A stretch of DNA of 64,000 bases from Balanoglossus misakiensis. Taxonomy: Eukaryota > Animalia > Hemichordata. Shown in pieces: positions 42,801-56,824 of the stretch. The position numbers were made by a program, and so were the translations under genes. Within the stretch, counting starts at the first letter, position 1, and the number at the start of each line of letters is the position of its first letter. The stretch covers positions 10,752,088-10,816,087 of the forward strand of contig CM082590.2 in assembly GCA_040954595.2 (NCBI GenBank), read 5' to 3'. The notes beneath the pieces were generated by a model that made no database searches, was not told the origin of the DNA, and saw only the letters and a list, made by a program, of their open reading frames with translations.

Positions 42801-45800
42801 GAAAATGTTCAAAAATCGACGATTTTTCGACTTTGCGAATTTTCAAAATTTGGTCATTTTTTGAAAAAAACCATGGGTTATAGCTCAGGAAAATGTTCAA
42901 AAATCGACGATTTTTCGACTTTGCGAATTTTCAAAATTTGGTCATTTTTTGAAAAAACCATGGGTTATAGCTCAGGAAAATGTTCAAAAATCGACGATTT
43001 TTCGACTTTTCGAATTTTCAAAATCTGGTCATTTTTTGAAAAAAACCATGGGTTATAGCTCAGGAAAATGTTCAAAAATCGACGATTTTTCGACTTTGCG
43101 AATTTTCAAAATTTGGTCATTTTTTGAAAAAAACCATGGGTTATAGCTCAGGAAAATGTTCAAAAATCGACGATTTTTCAACTTTGCGAATTTTCAAAAT
43201 TTGGTCATTTTTTGAAAAAAACCATGGGTTATAGCTCAGGAAAATGTTCAAAAATCGACGATTTTTCGACTTTGCGAATTTTCAAAATTTGGTCATTTTT
43301 TGAAAAAAACCATGGGTTATAGCTCAGGAAAATGTTCAAAAATCGACGATTTTTCGACTTTGCGAATTTTCAAAATTTGGTCATTTTTTGAAAAAAACCA
43401 TGGGTTATAGCTCAGGAAAATGTTCAAAAATCGACGATTTTTCGACTTTGCGAATTTTCAAAATTTGGTCATTTTTTGAAAAAAACCATGGGTTATAGCT
43501 CAGGAAAATGTTCAAAAATCGACGATTTTTCGACTTTGCGAATTTTCAAAATTTGGTCATTTTTTAAAAAAACCATGGGTTATAGCTCAGGAAAATGTTC
43601 AAAAATCGACGATTTTTCGACTTTGCGAATTTTCAAAATCTGGCCATTTTTTGAAAAAAACCATGGGTTATAGCTCAGGAAAATGTTCAAAAATCGACGA
43701 TTTTTCGACTTTGCGAATTTTCAAAATTTGGTCATTTTTTGAAAAAACCATGGGTTATAGCTCAGGAAAATGTTCAAAAATCGACGATTTTTCGACTTTT
43801 CGAATTTTCAAAATTTGGTCATTTTTTGAAAAAAACCATGGGTTATAGCTCAGGAAAATGTTCAAAAATCGACGATTTTTCGACTTTGCGAATTTTCAAA
43901 ATTTGGCCATTTTTTGAAAAAAAACCATGGGTTATAGCTCAGGAAAATGTTCAAAAATCGACGATTTTTCGACTTTGCGAATTTTCAAAATTTGGTCATT
44001 TTTTGAAAAAACCATGGGTTATAGCTCAGGAAAATGTTCAAAAATCGACGATTTTTCGACTTTTCGAATTTTCAAAATTTGGTCATTTTTTGAAAAAAAC
44101 CATGGGTTATAGCTCAGGAAAATGTTCAAAAATCGACGATTTTTCGACTTTGCGAATTTTCAAAATTTGGCCATTTTTTGAAAAAAACCATGGGTTATAG
44201 CTCAGGAAAATGTTCAAAAATCGACGATTTTTCGACTTTGCGAATTTTCAAAATTTGGTCATTTTTTGAAAAAACCATGGGTTATAGCTCAGGAAAATGT
44301 TCAAAAATCGACGATTTTTCGACTTTGCGAATTTTCAAAATTTGGTCATTTTTTAAAAAAAACCATGGGTTATAGCTCAGGAAAATGTTCAAAAATCGAC
44401 GATTTTTCGACTTTGCGAATTTTCAAAATTTGGTCATTTTTTGAAAAAACCATGGGTTATAGCTCAGGAAAATGTTCAAAAATCGACGATTTTTCGACTT
44501 TGCGAATTTTCAAAATTTGGTCATTTTTTGAAAAAAACCATGGGTTATAGCTCAGGAAAATGTTCAAAAATCGACGATTTTTCGACTTTGCGAATTTTCA
44601 AAATTTGGTCATTTTTTGAAAAAACCATGGGTTATAGCTCAGGAAAATGTTCAAAAATCGACGATTTTTCGACTTTGCGAATTTTCAAAATTTGGTCATT
44701 TTTTGAAAAAAACCATGGGTTATAGCTCAGGAAAATGTTCAAAAATCGACGATTTTTCGACTTTGCGAATTTTCAAAATTTGGCCATTTTTTGAAGAAAA
44801 CCATGGGTTATAGCTCAGGAAAATGTTCAAAAATCGACGATTTTTCGACTTTGCGAATTTTCAAAATTTGGTCATTTTTTGAAAAAACCATGGGTTATAG
44901 CTCAGGAAAATGTTCAAAAATCGACGATTTTTCGACTTTGCGAATTTTCAAAATTTGGTCATTTTTTAAAAAAACCATGGGTTATAGCTCAGGAAAATGT
45001 TCAAAAATCGACGATTTTTCGACTTTGCGAATTTTCAAAATTTGGTCATTTTTTGAAAAAACCATGGGTTATAGCTCAGGAAAATGTTCAAAAATCGACG
45101 ATTTTTCGACTTTGCGAATTTTCAAAATTTGGCCATTTTTTGAAAAAAACCATGGGTTATAGCTCAGGAAAATGTTCAAAAATCGACGATTTTTCGACTT
45201 TGCGAATTTTCAAAATTTGGTCATTTTTTGAAAAAACCATGGGTTATAGCTCAGGAAAATGTTCAAAAATCGACGATTTTTCGCCTTTGCGAATTTTCAA
45301 AATTTGGTCATTTTTTAAAAAAAACCATGGGTTATAGCTCAGGAAAATGTTCAAAAATCGACGATTTTTCGACTTTGCGAATTTTCAAAATTTGGTCATT
45401 TTTTGAAAAAACCATGGGTTATAGCTCAGGAAAATGTTCAAAAATCGACGATTTTTCGACTTTGCGAATTTTCAAAATTTGGTCATTTTTTGAAAAAAAC
45501 CATGGGTTATAGCTCAGGAAAATGTTCAAAAATCGACGATTTTTCGACTTTGCGAATTTTCAAAATTTGGTCATTTTTTGAAAAAACCATGGGTTATAGC
45601 TCAGGAAAATGTTCAAAAATCGACGATTTTTCGACTTTTCGAATTTTCAAAATTTGGTCATTTTTTGAAAAAAACCATGGGTTATAGCTCAGGAAAATGT
45701 TCAAAAATCGACGATTTTTCGACTTTGCGAATTTTCAAAATTTGGCCATTTTTTGAAAAAAACCATGGGTTATAGCTCAGGAAAATGTTCAAAAATCGAC

Positions 45801-48800
45801 GATTTTTCGACTTTGCGAATTTTCAAAATTTGGTCATTTTTTGAAAAAACCATGGGTTATAGCTCAGGAAAATGTTCAAAAATCGACGATTTTTCGACTT
45901 TGCGAATTTTCAAAATTTGGTCATTTTTTAAAAAAACCATGGGTTATAGCTCAGGAAAATGTTCAAAAATCGACGATTTTTCGACTTTGCGAATTTTCAA
46001 AATTTGGTCATTTTTTGAAAAAACCATGGGTTATAGCTCAGGAAAATGTTCAAAAATCGACGATTTTTCGACTTTTCGAATTTTCAAAATTTGGTCATTT
46101 TTTGAAAAAAACCATGGGTTATAGCTCAGGAAAATGTTCAAAAATCGACGATTTTTCGAATTTGCGAATTTTCAAAATTTGGCCATTTTTTGAAAAAAAC
46201 CATGGGTTATAGCTCAGGAAAATGTTCAAAAATCGACGATTTTTCGACTTTGCGAATTTTCAAAATTTGGTCATTTTTTGAAAAAACCATGGGTTATAGC
46301 TCAGGAAAATGTTCAAAAATCGACGATTTTTCGACTTTGCGAATTTTCAAAATTTGGTCATTTTTTGAAAAAAACCATGGGTTATAGCTCAGGAAAATGT
46401 TCAAAAATCGACGATTTTTCGACTTTGCGAATTTTCAAAATTTGGTCATTTTTTGAAAAAACCATGGGTTATAGCTCAGGAAAATGTTCAAAAATCGACG
46501 ATTTTTCGACTTTTCGAATTTTCAAAATCTGGTCATTTTTTGAAAAAAACCATGGGTTATAGCTCAGGAAAATGTTCAAAAATCGACGATTTTTCGACTT
46601 TGCGAATTTTCAAAATTTGGTCATTTTTTGAAAAAAACCATGGGTTATAGCTCAGGAAAATGTTCAAAAATCGACGATTTTTCGACTTTGCGAATTTTCA
46701 AAATTTGGTCATTTTTTGAAAAAAACCATGGGTTATAGCTCAGGAAAATGTTCAAAAATCGACGATTTTTCGACTTTACGAATTTTCAAAATCTGGCCAT
46801 TTTTTGAAAAAAACCATGGGTTATAGCTCAGGAAAATGTTCAAAAATCGACGATTTTTCGACTTTGCGAATTTTCAAAATTTGGTCATTTTTTGAAAAAA
46901 CCATGGGGTTATAGCTCAGGAAAATGTTCAAAAATCGACGATTTTTCGACTTTTCGAATTTTCAAAATTTGGTCATTTTTTGAAAAAAACCATGGGTTAT
47001 AGCTCAGGAAAATGTTCAAAAATCGACGATTTTTCGAATTTGCGAATTTTCAAAATTTGGCCATTTTTTGAAAAAAACCATGGGTTATAGCTCAGGAAAA
47101 TGTTCAAAAATCGACGATTTTTCGACTTTGCGAATTTTCAAAATTTGGTCATTTTTTGAAAAAACCATGGGTTATAGCTCAGGAAAATGTTCAAAAATCG
47201 ACGATTTTTCGACTTTGCGAATTTTCAAAATTTGGTCATTTTTTGAAAAAAACCATGGGTTATAGCTCAGGAAAATGTTCAAAAATCGACGATTTTTCGA
47301 CTTTGCGAATTTTCAAAATTTGGTCATTTTTTGAAAAAACCATGGGTTATAGCTCAGGAAAATGTTCAAAAATCGACGATTTTTCGACTTTTCGAATTTT
47401 CAAAATCTGGTCATTTTTTGAAAAAAACCATGGGTTATAGCTCAGGAAAATGTTCAAAAATCGACGATTTTTCGACTTTGCGAATTTTCAAAATTTGGTC
47501 ATTTTTTGAAAAAAACCATGGGTTATAGCTCAGGAAAATGTTCAAAAATCGACGATTTTTCGACTTTGCGAATTTTCAAAATTTGGTCATTTTTTGAAAA
47601 AAACCATGGGTTATAGCTCAGGAAAATGTTCAAAAATCGACGATTTTTCGACTTTGCGAATTTTCAAAATTTGGTCATTTTTTGAAAAAAACCATGGGTT
47701 ATAGCTCAGGAAAATGTTCAAAAATCGACTATTTTTCGACTTTGCGAATTTTCAAAATTTGGTCATTTTTTGAAAAAAACCATGGGTTATAGCTCAGGAA
47801 AATGTTCAAAAATCGACGATTTTTCGACTTTGCGAATTTTCAAAATTTGGTCATTTTTTGAAAAAAACCATGGGTTATAGCTCAGGAAAATGTTCAAAAA
47901 TCGACGATTTTTCGACTTTGCGAATTTTCAAAATTTGGTCATTTTTTAAAAAAACCATGGGTTATAGCTCAGGAAAATGTTCAAAAATCGACGATTTTTC
48001 GACTTTGCGAATTTTCAAAATTTGGTCATTTTTTGAAAAAACCATGGGTTATAGCTAAGGAAAATGTTCAAAAATCGACGATTTTTCGACTTTTCGAATT
48101 TTCAAAATCTGGTCATTTTTTGAAAAAAAACCATGGGTTATAGCTCAGGAAAATGTTCAAAAATCGACGATTTTTCGACTTTGCGAATTTTCAAAATTTG
48201 GTCATTTTTTGAAAAAACCATGGGTTATAGCTCAGGAAAATGTTCAAAAATCGACGATTTTTCGACTTTTCGAATTTTCAAAATTTGGTCATTTTTTGAA
48301 AAAAACCATGGGTTATAGCTCAGGAAAATGTTCAAAAATCGACGATTTTTCGACTTTGCGAATTTTCAAAATTTGGCCATTTTTTGGAAAAAACCATGGG
48401 TTATAGCTCAGGAAAATGTTCAAAAATCGACGATTTTTCGACTTTGCGAATTTTCAAAATTTGGTCATTTTTTGAAAAAACCATGGGTTATAGCTCAGGA
48501 AAATGTTCAAAAATCGACGATTTTTCGACTTTTCGAATTTTCAAAATCTGGTCATTTTTTGAAAAAAACCATGGGTTATAGCTCAGGAAAATGTTCAAAA
48601 ATCGACGATTTTTCGACTTTGCGAATTTTCAAAATTTGGTCATTTTTTGAAAAAAACCATGGGTTATAGCTCAGGAAAATGTTCAAAAATCGACGATTTT
48701 TCGACTTTGCGAATTTTCAAAATTTGGTCATTTTTTGAAAAAAACCATGGGTTATAGCTCAGGAAAATGTTCAAAAATCGACGATTTTTCGACTTTGCGA

Positions 48801-51800
48801 ATTTTCAAAATTTGGTCATTTTTTGAAAAAAACCATGGGTTATAGCCCAGGAAAATGTTCAAAAATCGACGATTTTTCGACTTTGCGAATTTTCAAAATT
48901 TGGTCATTTTTTGAAAAAAACCATGGGTTATAGCTCAGGAAAATGTTCAAAAATCGACGATTTTTCGACTTTGCGAATTTTCAAAATTTGGTCATTTTTT
49001 GAAAAAAACCATGGGTTATAGCTCAGGAAAATGTTCAAAAATCGACGATTTTTCGACTTTGCGAATTTTCAAAATTTGGTCATTTTTTGAAAAAACCATG
49101 GGTTATAGCTCAGGAAAATGTTCAAAAATCGACGATTTTTCGACTTTTCGAATTTTCAAAATTTGGTCATTTTTTGAAAAAAACCATGGGTTATAGCTCA
49201 GGAAAATGTTCAAAAATCGACGATTTTTCGACTTTGCGAATTTTCAAAATTTGGCCATTTTTTGAAAAAAACCATGGGTTATAGCTCAGGAAAATGTTCA
49301 AAAATCGACTATTTTTCGACTTTGCGAATTTTCAAAATTTGGCCATTTTTTGAAAAAAACCATGGGTTATAGCTCAGGAAAATGTTCAAAAATCGACGAT
49401 TTTTCGACTTTGCGAATTTTCAAAATTTGGCCATTTTTTGAAAAAAACCATGGGTTATAGCTCAGGAAAATGTTCAAAAATCGACGATTTTTCGACTTTG
49501 CGAATTTTCAAAATTTGGTCATTTTTAGAAAAAAAAAACATGGGTTATAGCTCAGGAAAATGTTCAAAAATCGACGATTTTTCGACTTTGCGAATTTTCA
49601 AAATTTGGTCATTTTTTGAAAAAACCATGGGTTATAGCTCAGGAAAATGTTCAAAAATCGACGATTTTTCGACTTTCCGAATTTTCAAAATTTGGTCATT
49701 TTTAAAAAAAAAACCATGGGTTATAGCTCAGGAAAATGTTCAAAAATCGACGATTTTTCGACTTTGCGAATTTTCAAAATTTGGTCATTTTTTAAAAAAA
49801 CCATGGGTTATAGCTCAGGAAAATGTTCAAAAATCGACGATTTTTCGACTTTGCGAATTTTCAAAATTTGGTCATTTTTTGAAAAAACCATGAGTTATAG
49901 CTCAGGAAAATGTTCAAAAATCGACGATTTTTCGACTTTTCGAATTTTCAAAATCTGGTCATTTTTTGAAAAAAACCATGGGTTATAGCTCAGGAAAATG
50001 TTCAAAAATCGACGATTTTTCGACTTTGCGAATTTTCAAAATTTGGTCATTTTTTGAAAAAAAACATGGGTTATAGCTCAGGAAAATGTTCAAAAATCGA
50101 CGATTTTTCGACTTTGCGAATTTTCAAAATTTGGTCATTTTTTGAAAAAAACCATGGGTTATAGCTCAGGAAAATGTTCAAAAATCGACGATTTTTCGAC
50201 TTTGCGAATTTTCAAAATTTGGTCATTTTTTGAAAAAAACCATGGGTTATAGCTCAGGAAAATGTTCAAAAATCGACGATTTTTCGACTTTGCGAATTTT
50301 CAAAATTTGGTCATTTTTTAAAAAAAACCATGGGTTATAGCTCAGGAAAATGTTCAAAAATCGACGATTTTTCGACTTTGCGAATTTTCAAAATTTGGTC
50401 ATTTTTTGAAAAAACCATGGGTTATAGCTCAGGAAAATGTTCAAAAATCGACGATTTTTCGACTTTTCGAATTTTCAAAATCTGGTGATTTTTTGAAAAA
50501 AACCATGGGTTATAGCTCAGGAAAATGTTCAAAAATCGACGATTTTTTGACTTTGCGAATTTTCAAAATTTGGTCATTTTTTGAAAAAACCATGGGTTAT
50601 AGCTCAGGAAAATGTTCAAAAATCGACGATTTTTCGACTTTTCGAATTTTCAAAATTTGGTCATTTTTTGAAAAAACCATGGGTTATAGCTCAGGAAAAT
50701 GTTCAAAAATCGACGATTTTTCGACTTTTCAAAATCTGGTCATTTTTTGAAAAAAACCATGGGTTATAGCTCAGGAAAATGTTCAAAAATCGACGATTTT
50801 TCGACTTTGCGAATTTTCAAAATTTGGTCATTTTTTGAAAAAAACCATGGGTTATAGCTCAGGAAAATGTTCAAAAATCGACGATTTTTCGACTTTGCGA
50901 ATTTTCAAAATTTGGTCATTTTTTGAAAAAAAACCATGGGTTATAGCTCAGGAAAATGTTCAAAAATCGACGATTTTTCGACTTTGCGAATTTTCAAAAT
51001 TTGGTCATTTTTTGAAAAAAAACATGGGTTATAGCTCAGGAAAATGTTCAAAAATCGACGATTTTTCGACTTTGCGAATTTTCAAAATTTGGTCATTTTT
51101 TGAAAAAACCATGGGTTATAGCTCAGGAAAATGTTCAAAAATCGACGACTTTTCGACTTTCCGAATTTTCAAAATTTGGTCATTTTTAAAAAAAAAACCA
51201 TGGGTTATAGCTCAGGAAAATGTTCAAAAATCGACGATTTTTCGACTTTGCGAATTTTCAAAATTTGGTCATTTTTTGAAAAAAACCATGGGTTATAGCT
51301 CAGGAAAATGTTCAAAAATCGACGATTTTTCGACTTTGCGAATTTTCAAAATTTGGTCATTTTTTGAAAAAACCATGGGTTATAGCTCAGGAAAATGTTC
51401 AAAAATCGACGATTTTTCGACTTTCCGAATTTTCAAAATTTGGTCATTTTTAAAAAAAAAACATGGGTTATAGCTCAGGAAAATGTTCAAAAATCGACGA
51501 TTTTTCGACTTTGCGAATTTTCAAAATTTGGTCATTTTTAAAAAAAACCATGGGTTATAGCTCAGGAAAATGTTCAAAAATCGACGATTTTTCGACTTTG
51601 CGAATTTTCAAAATTTGGTCATTTTTTGAAAAAATCCATGGGTTATAGCTCAGGAAAATGTTCAAAAATCGACGATTTTTCGACTTTGCGAATTTTCAAA
51701 ATTTGGTCATTTTTTGAAAAAAACCATGGGTTATAGCTCAGGAAAATGTTCAAAAATCGACGATTTTTCGACTTTGCGAATTTTCAAAATTTGGTCATTT

Positions 51801-54800
51801 TTTGAAAAAACCATGGGTTATAGCTCAGGAAAATGTTCAAAAATCGACGATTTTTCGACTTTGCGAATTTTCAAAATTTGGTCATTTTTTGAAAAAACCA
51901 TGGGTTATAGCTCAGGAAAATGTTCAAAAATCGACGATTTTTCGACTTTGCGAATTTTCAAAATTTGGTCATTTTTTGAAAAAAACCATGGGTTATAGCT
52001 CAGGAAAATGTTCAAAAATCGACGATTTTTCGACTTTGCGAATTTTCAAAATTTGGCCATTTTTTGAAAAAAACCATGGGTTATAGCTCAGGAAAATGTT
52101 CAAAAATCGACGATTCTTCGACTTTGCGAATTTTCAAAATTTGGTCATTTTTTGAAAAAAACCATGGGTTATAGCTCAGGAAAATGTTCAAAAATCGACG
52201 ATTTTTCGACTTTGCGAATTTTCAAAATTTGGTCATTTTTTGAAAAAACCATGGGTTATAGCTCAGGAAAATGTTCAAAAATCGACGATTTTTCGACTTT
52301 GCGAATTTTCAAAATCTGGCCATTTTTTGAAAAAAACCATGGGTTATAGCTCAGGAAAATGTTCAAAAATCGACGATTTTTCGACTTTGCGAATTTTCAA
52401 AATTTGGTCATTTTTTGAAAAAACCATGGGTTATAGCTCAGGAAAATGTTCAAAAATCGACGATTTTTCGACTTTGCGAATTTTCAAAATTTGGCCATTT
52501 TTTGAAAAAAACCATGGGTTATAGCTCAGGAAAATGTTCAAAAATCGACGATTTTTCGACTTTGCGAATTTTCAAAATTTGGTCATTTTTTGAAAAAACC
52601 ATGGGTTATAGCTCAGGAAAATGTTCAAAAATCGACGATTTTTCGACTTTGCGAATTTTCAAAATTTGGTCATTTTTTAAAAAAAACCATGGGTTATAGC
52701 TCAGGAAAATGTTCAAAAATCGACGATTTTTCGACTTTGCGAATTTTCAAAATTTGGTCATTTTTTGAAAAAAACCATGGGTTATAGCTCAGGAAAATGT
52801 TCAAAATCGACGATTTTTCGACTTTGCGAATTTTCAAAATTTGGTCATTTTTTGAAAAAAAACATGGGTTATAGCTCAGGAAAATGTTCAAAAATCGACG
52901 ATTTTTCGACTTTGCGAATTTTCAAAATTTGGTCATTTTTTGAAAAAAACCATGGGTTATAGCTCAGGAAAATGTTCAAAAATCGACGATTTTTCGACTT
53001 TGCGAATTTTCAAAATTTGGTCATTTTTTGAAAAAACCATGGGTTATAGCTCAGGAAAATGTTCAAAAATCGACGATTTTTCGACTTTCCGAATTTTCAA
53101 AATTTGGTCATTTTTAAAAAAAAAACCATGGGTTATAGCTCAGGAAAATGTTCAAAAATCGACGATTTTTCGAATTTGCGAATTTTCAAAATTTGGTCAT
53201 TTTTTGAAAAAAACCATGGGTTATAGCTCAGGAAAATGTTCAAAAATCGACGATTTTTCGACTTTGCGAATTTTCAAAATTTGGTCATTTTTTGAAAAAA
53301 CCATGGGTTATAGCTCAGGAAAATGTTCAAAAATCGACGATTTTTCGACTTTCCGAATTTTCAAAATTTGGTCATTTTTAAAAAAAAACCATGGGTTATA
53401 GCTCAGGAAAATGTTCAAAAATCGTCGATTTTTCGACTTTGCGAATTTTCAAAATTTGGTCATTTTTAAAAAAAACCATGGGTTATAGCTCAGGAAAATG
53501 TTCAAAAATCGTCGATTTTTCGACTTTGCGAATTTTCAAAATTTGGTCATTTTTTGAAAAAAAACCATGGGTTATAGCTCAGGAAAATGTTCAAAAATCG
53601 ACGATTTTTCGACTTTGCGAATTTTCAAAATTTGGTCATTTTTTGAAAAAAAACCATGGGTTATAGCTCAGGAAAATGTTCAAAAATCGACGATTTTTCG
53701 ACTTTACGAATTTTCAAAATCTGGCCATTTTTTGAAAAAAACCATGGGTTATAGCTCAGGAAAATGTTCAAAAATCGACGATTTTTCGACTTTGCGAATT
53801 TTCAAAATTTGGTCATTTTTTGAAAAAACCATGGGTTATAGCTCAGGAAAATGTTCAAAAATCGACGATTTTTCGACTTTTCGAATTTTCAAAATTTGGT
53901 CATTTTTTGAAAAAAACCATGGGTTATAGCTCAGGAAAATGTTCAAAAATCGACGATTTTTCGAATTTGCGAATTTTCAAAATTTGGCCATTTTTTGAAA
54001 AAAACCATGGGTTATAGCTCAGGAAAATGTTCAAAAATCGACGATTTTTCGACTTTGCGAATTTTCAAAATTTGGTCATTTTTTGAAAAAACCTTGGGTT
54101 ATAGCTCAGGAAAATGTTCAAAAATCGACGATTTTTCGACTTTGCGAATTTTCAAAATTTGGTCATTTTTTAAAAAAACCATGGGTTATAGCTCAGGAAA
54201 ATGTTCAAAAATCGACGATTTTTCGACTTTGCGAATTTTCAAAATTTGGTCATTTTTTGAAAAAAACCATGGGTTATAGCTCAGGAAAATGTTCAAAAAT
54301 CGACGATTTTTCGACTTTGCGAATTTTCAAAATTTGGTCATTTTTTGAAAAAAACCATGGGTTATAGCTCAGGAAAATGTTCAAAAATCGACGATTTTTC
54401 GACTTTGCGAATTTTCAAAATTTGGTCATTTTTTGAAAAAAACCATGGGTTATAGCTCAGGAAAATGTTCAAAAATCGACGATTTTTCGACTTTGCGAAT
54501 TTTCAAAATTTGGTCATTTTTTGAAAAAACCATGGGTTATAGCTCAGGAAAATGTTCAAAAATCGACGATTTTTCGACTTTGCGAATTTTCAAAATTTGG
54601 TCATTTTAAAAAAAAACCATGGGTTATAGCTCAGGAAAATGTTCAAAAATCGACGATTTTTCGACTTTGCGAATTTTCAAAATTTGGTCATTTTTTAAAA
54701 AAACCATGGGTTATAGCTCAGGAAAATGTTCAAAAATCGACGATTTTTCGACTTTGCGAATTTTCAAAATTTGGTCATTTTTTGAAAAAAACCATGGGTT

Positions 54801-56824
54801 ATAGCTCAGGAAAATGTTCAAAAATCGACGATTTTTCGACTTTTCGAATTTTCAAAATTTGGTCATTTTTTGAAAAAAACCATGGGTTATAGCTCAGGAA
54901 AATGTTCAAAAATCGACGATTTTTCGACTTTGCGAATTTTCAAAATTTGGTCATTTTTTGAAAAAAAACATGGGTTATAGCTCAGGAAAATGTTCAAAAA
55001 TCGACGATTTTTCGACTTTGCGAATTTTCAAAATTTGGTCATTTTTTGAAAAAAAACATGGGTTATAGCTCAGGAAAATGTTCAAAAATCGACGATTTTT
55101 CGACTTTGCGAATTTTCAAAATTTGGTCATTTTTTGAAAAAAACCATGGGTTATAGCTCAGGAAAATGTTCAAAAATCGACGATTTTTCGACTTTGCGAA
55201 TTTTCATAATTTGGTCATTTTTTGAAAAAAACCATGGGTTATAGCTCAGGAAAATGTTCAAAAATCGACGATTTTTCGACTTTGCGAATTTTCAAAATTT
55301 GGTCATTTTTTGAAAAAACCATGGGTTATAGCTCAGGAAAATGTTCAAAAATCGACGATTTTTCGACTTTTCGAATTTTCAAAATCTGGTCATTTTTTGA
55401 AAAAAACCATGGGTTATAGCTCAGGAAAATGTTCAAAAATCGACGATTTTTCGACTTTGCGAATTTTCAAAATTTGGTCATTTTTTGAAAAAAACCATGG
55501 GTTATAGCTCAGGAAAATGTTCAAAAATCGACGATTTTTCGACTTTGCAAATTTTCAAAATTTGGTCATTTTTTGAAAAAAAACATGGGTTATAGCTCAG
55601 GAAAATGTTCAAAAATCGACGATTTTTCGACTTTGCGAATTTTCAAAATTTGGCCATTTTTTGAAAAAAAACATGGGTTATAGCTCAGGAAAATGTTCAA
55701 AAATCGACGATTTTTCGACTTTGCGAATTTTCAAAATTTGGTCATTTTTTGAAAAAAACCATGGGTTATAGCTCAGGAAAATGTTCAAAAATCGACGATT
55801 TTTCGACTTTGCAAATTTTCAAAATTTGGTCATTTTTTGAAAAAAAACATGGGTTATAGCTCAGGAAAATGTTCAAAAATCGACGATTTTTCGACTTTGC
55901 GAATTTTCAAAATTTGGCCATTTTTTGAAAAAAAACATGGGTTATAGCTCAGGAAAATGTTCAAAAATCGACGATTTTTCGACTTTGCGAATTTTCAAAA
56001 TTTGGCCATTTTTTGAAAAAAAACCATGGGTTATAGTGTTCAAAAATCGACGATTTTTCGACTTTGCGAATTTTCAAAATTTGGTCATTTTTTGAAAAAA
56101 AACCATGGGTTATAGCTCAGGAAAATGTTCAAAAATCGACGATTTTTCGACTTTGCGAATTTTCAAAATTTGGCCATTTTTTGAAAAAAACCATGGGTTA
56201 TAGCTCAGGAAAATGTTCAAAAATCGACGATTTTTCGACTTTGCGAATTTTCAAAATCTGGTCATTTTTTGAAAAAACCATGGGTTATAGCTCAGGAAAA
56301 TGTTCAAAAAGCTACGATTTTTCGACTTTGCGAATTTTCAAAATTTGGTCATTTTTTGAAAAAACCATGGGTTATAGCTCAGGAAAATGTTCAAAAATCG
56401 ACGATTTTTCGACTTTGCGAATTTTCAAAATTTGGTCATTTTTTGAAAAAACCATGGGTTATAGCTCAGGAAAATGTTCAAAAATGGACGATTTTTCGAC
56501 TTTGCGAATTTTCAAAATCTGGTCATTTTTTGAAAAAACCATGGGTTATAGCTCAGGAAAATGTTCAAAAATCGACGATTTTTCGACTTTGCGAATTTTC
56601 AAAATCTGGTCATTTTTTGAAAAAACCATGGGTTATAGCTCAGGAAAATGTTCAAAAATCGACGATTTTTCGACTTTGCGAATTTTCAAAATCTGGTCAT
56701 TTTTTGAAAAAACCATGGGTTATAGCTCAGGAAAATGTTCAAAAATCGACGATTTTTCGACTTTGCGAATTTTCAAAATCTGATCATTTTTTGATAAAAA
56801 TCATGGGTTATAGCTCAAGAAAAT
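15871..56824 (+). repeat. Satellite DNA array, right block, 87/88-bp monomer, ~467 copies (length estimate), with higher-order duplications
   Basis: Same monomer on the + strand, uninterrupted for ~41 kb. It ends in the variant monomer ...TCTGATCATTTTTTGATAAAAATCATGGGTTATAGCTCAAGAAAAT. Confidence 0.98.
30660..44000 (+). repeat. Recent tandem duplication of a 5795-bp (~66-monomer) unit; the first copy carries an extra 1755-bp (20-monomer) duplication
   Basis: Rare variants recur at +7550 (ACAATGGG ~30668/38218; TTGCAAAA ~33296/40846; GGACATT ~34340/41890; ACGGTGGG ~35234/42784), at +1755 (35234/36989) and at +5795 (36989/42784). Confidence 0.85.

Noticed and set aside
50720-56045. Truncated monomers (8-bp deletion at ~50730; 10-bp deletion at ~56037)
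   Set aside because: Isolated small deletions of the kind expected in satellites; not amplified.
2131-56824. CRISPR array
   Set aside because: No unique spacers and no cas genes; the whole unit repeats and the context is eukaryotic.
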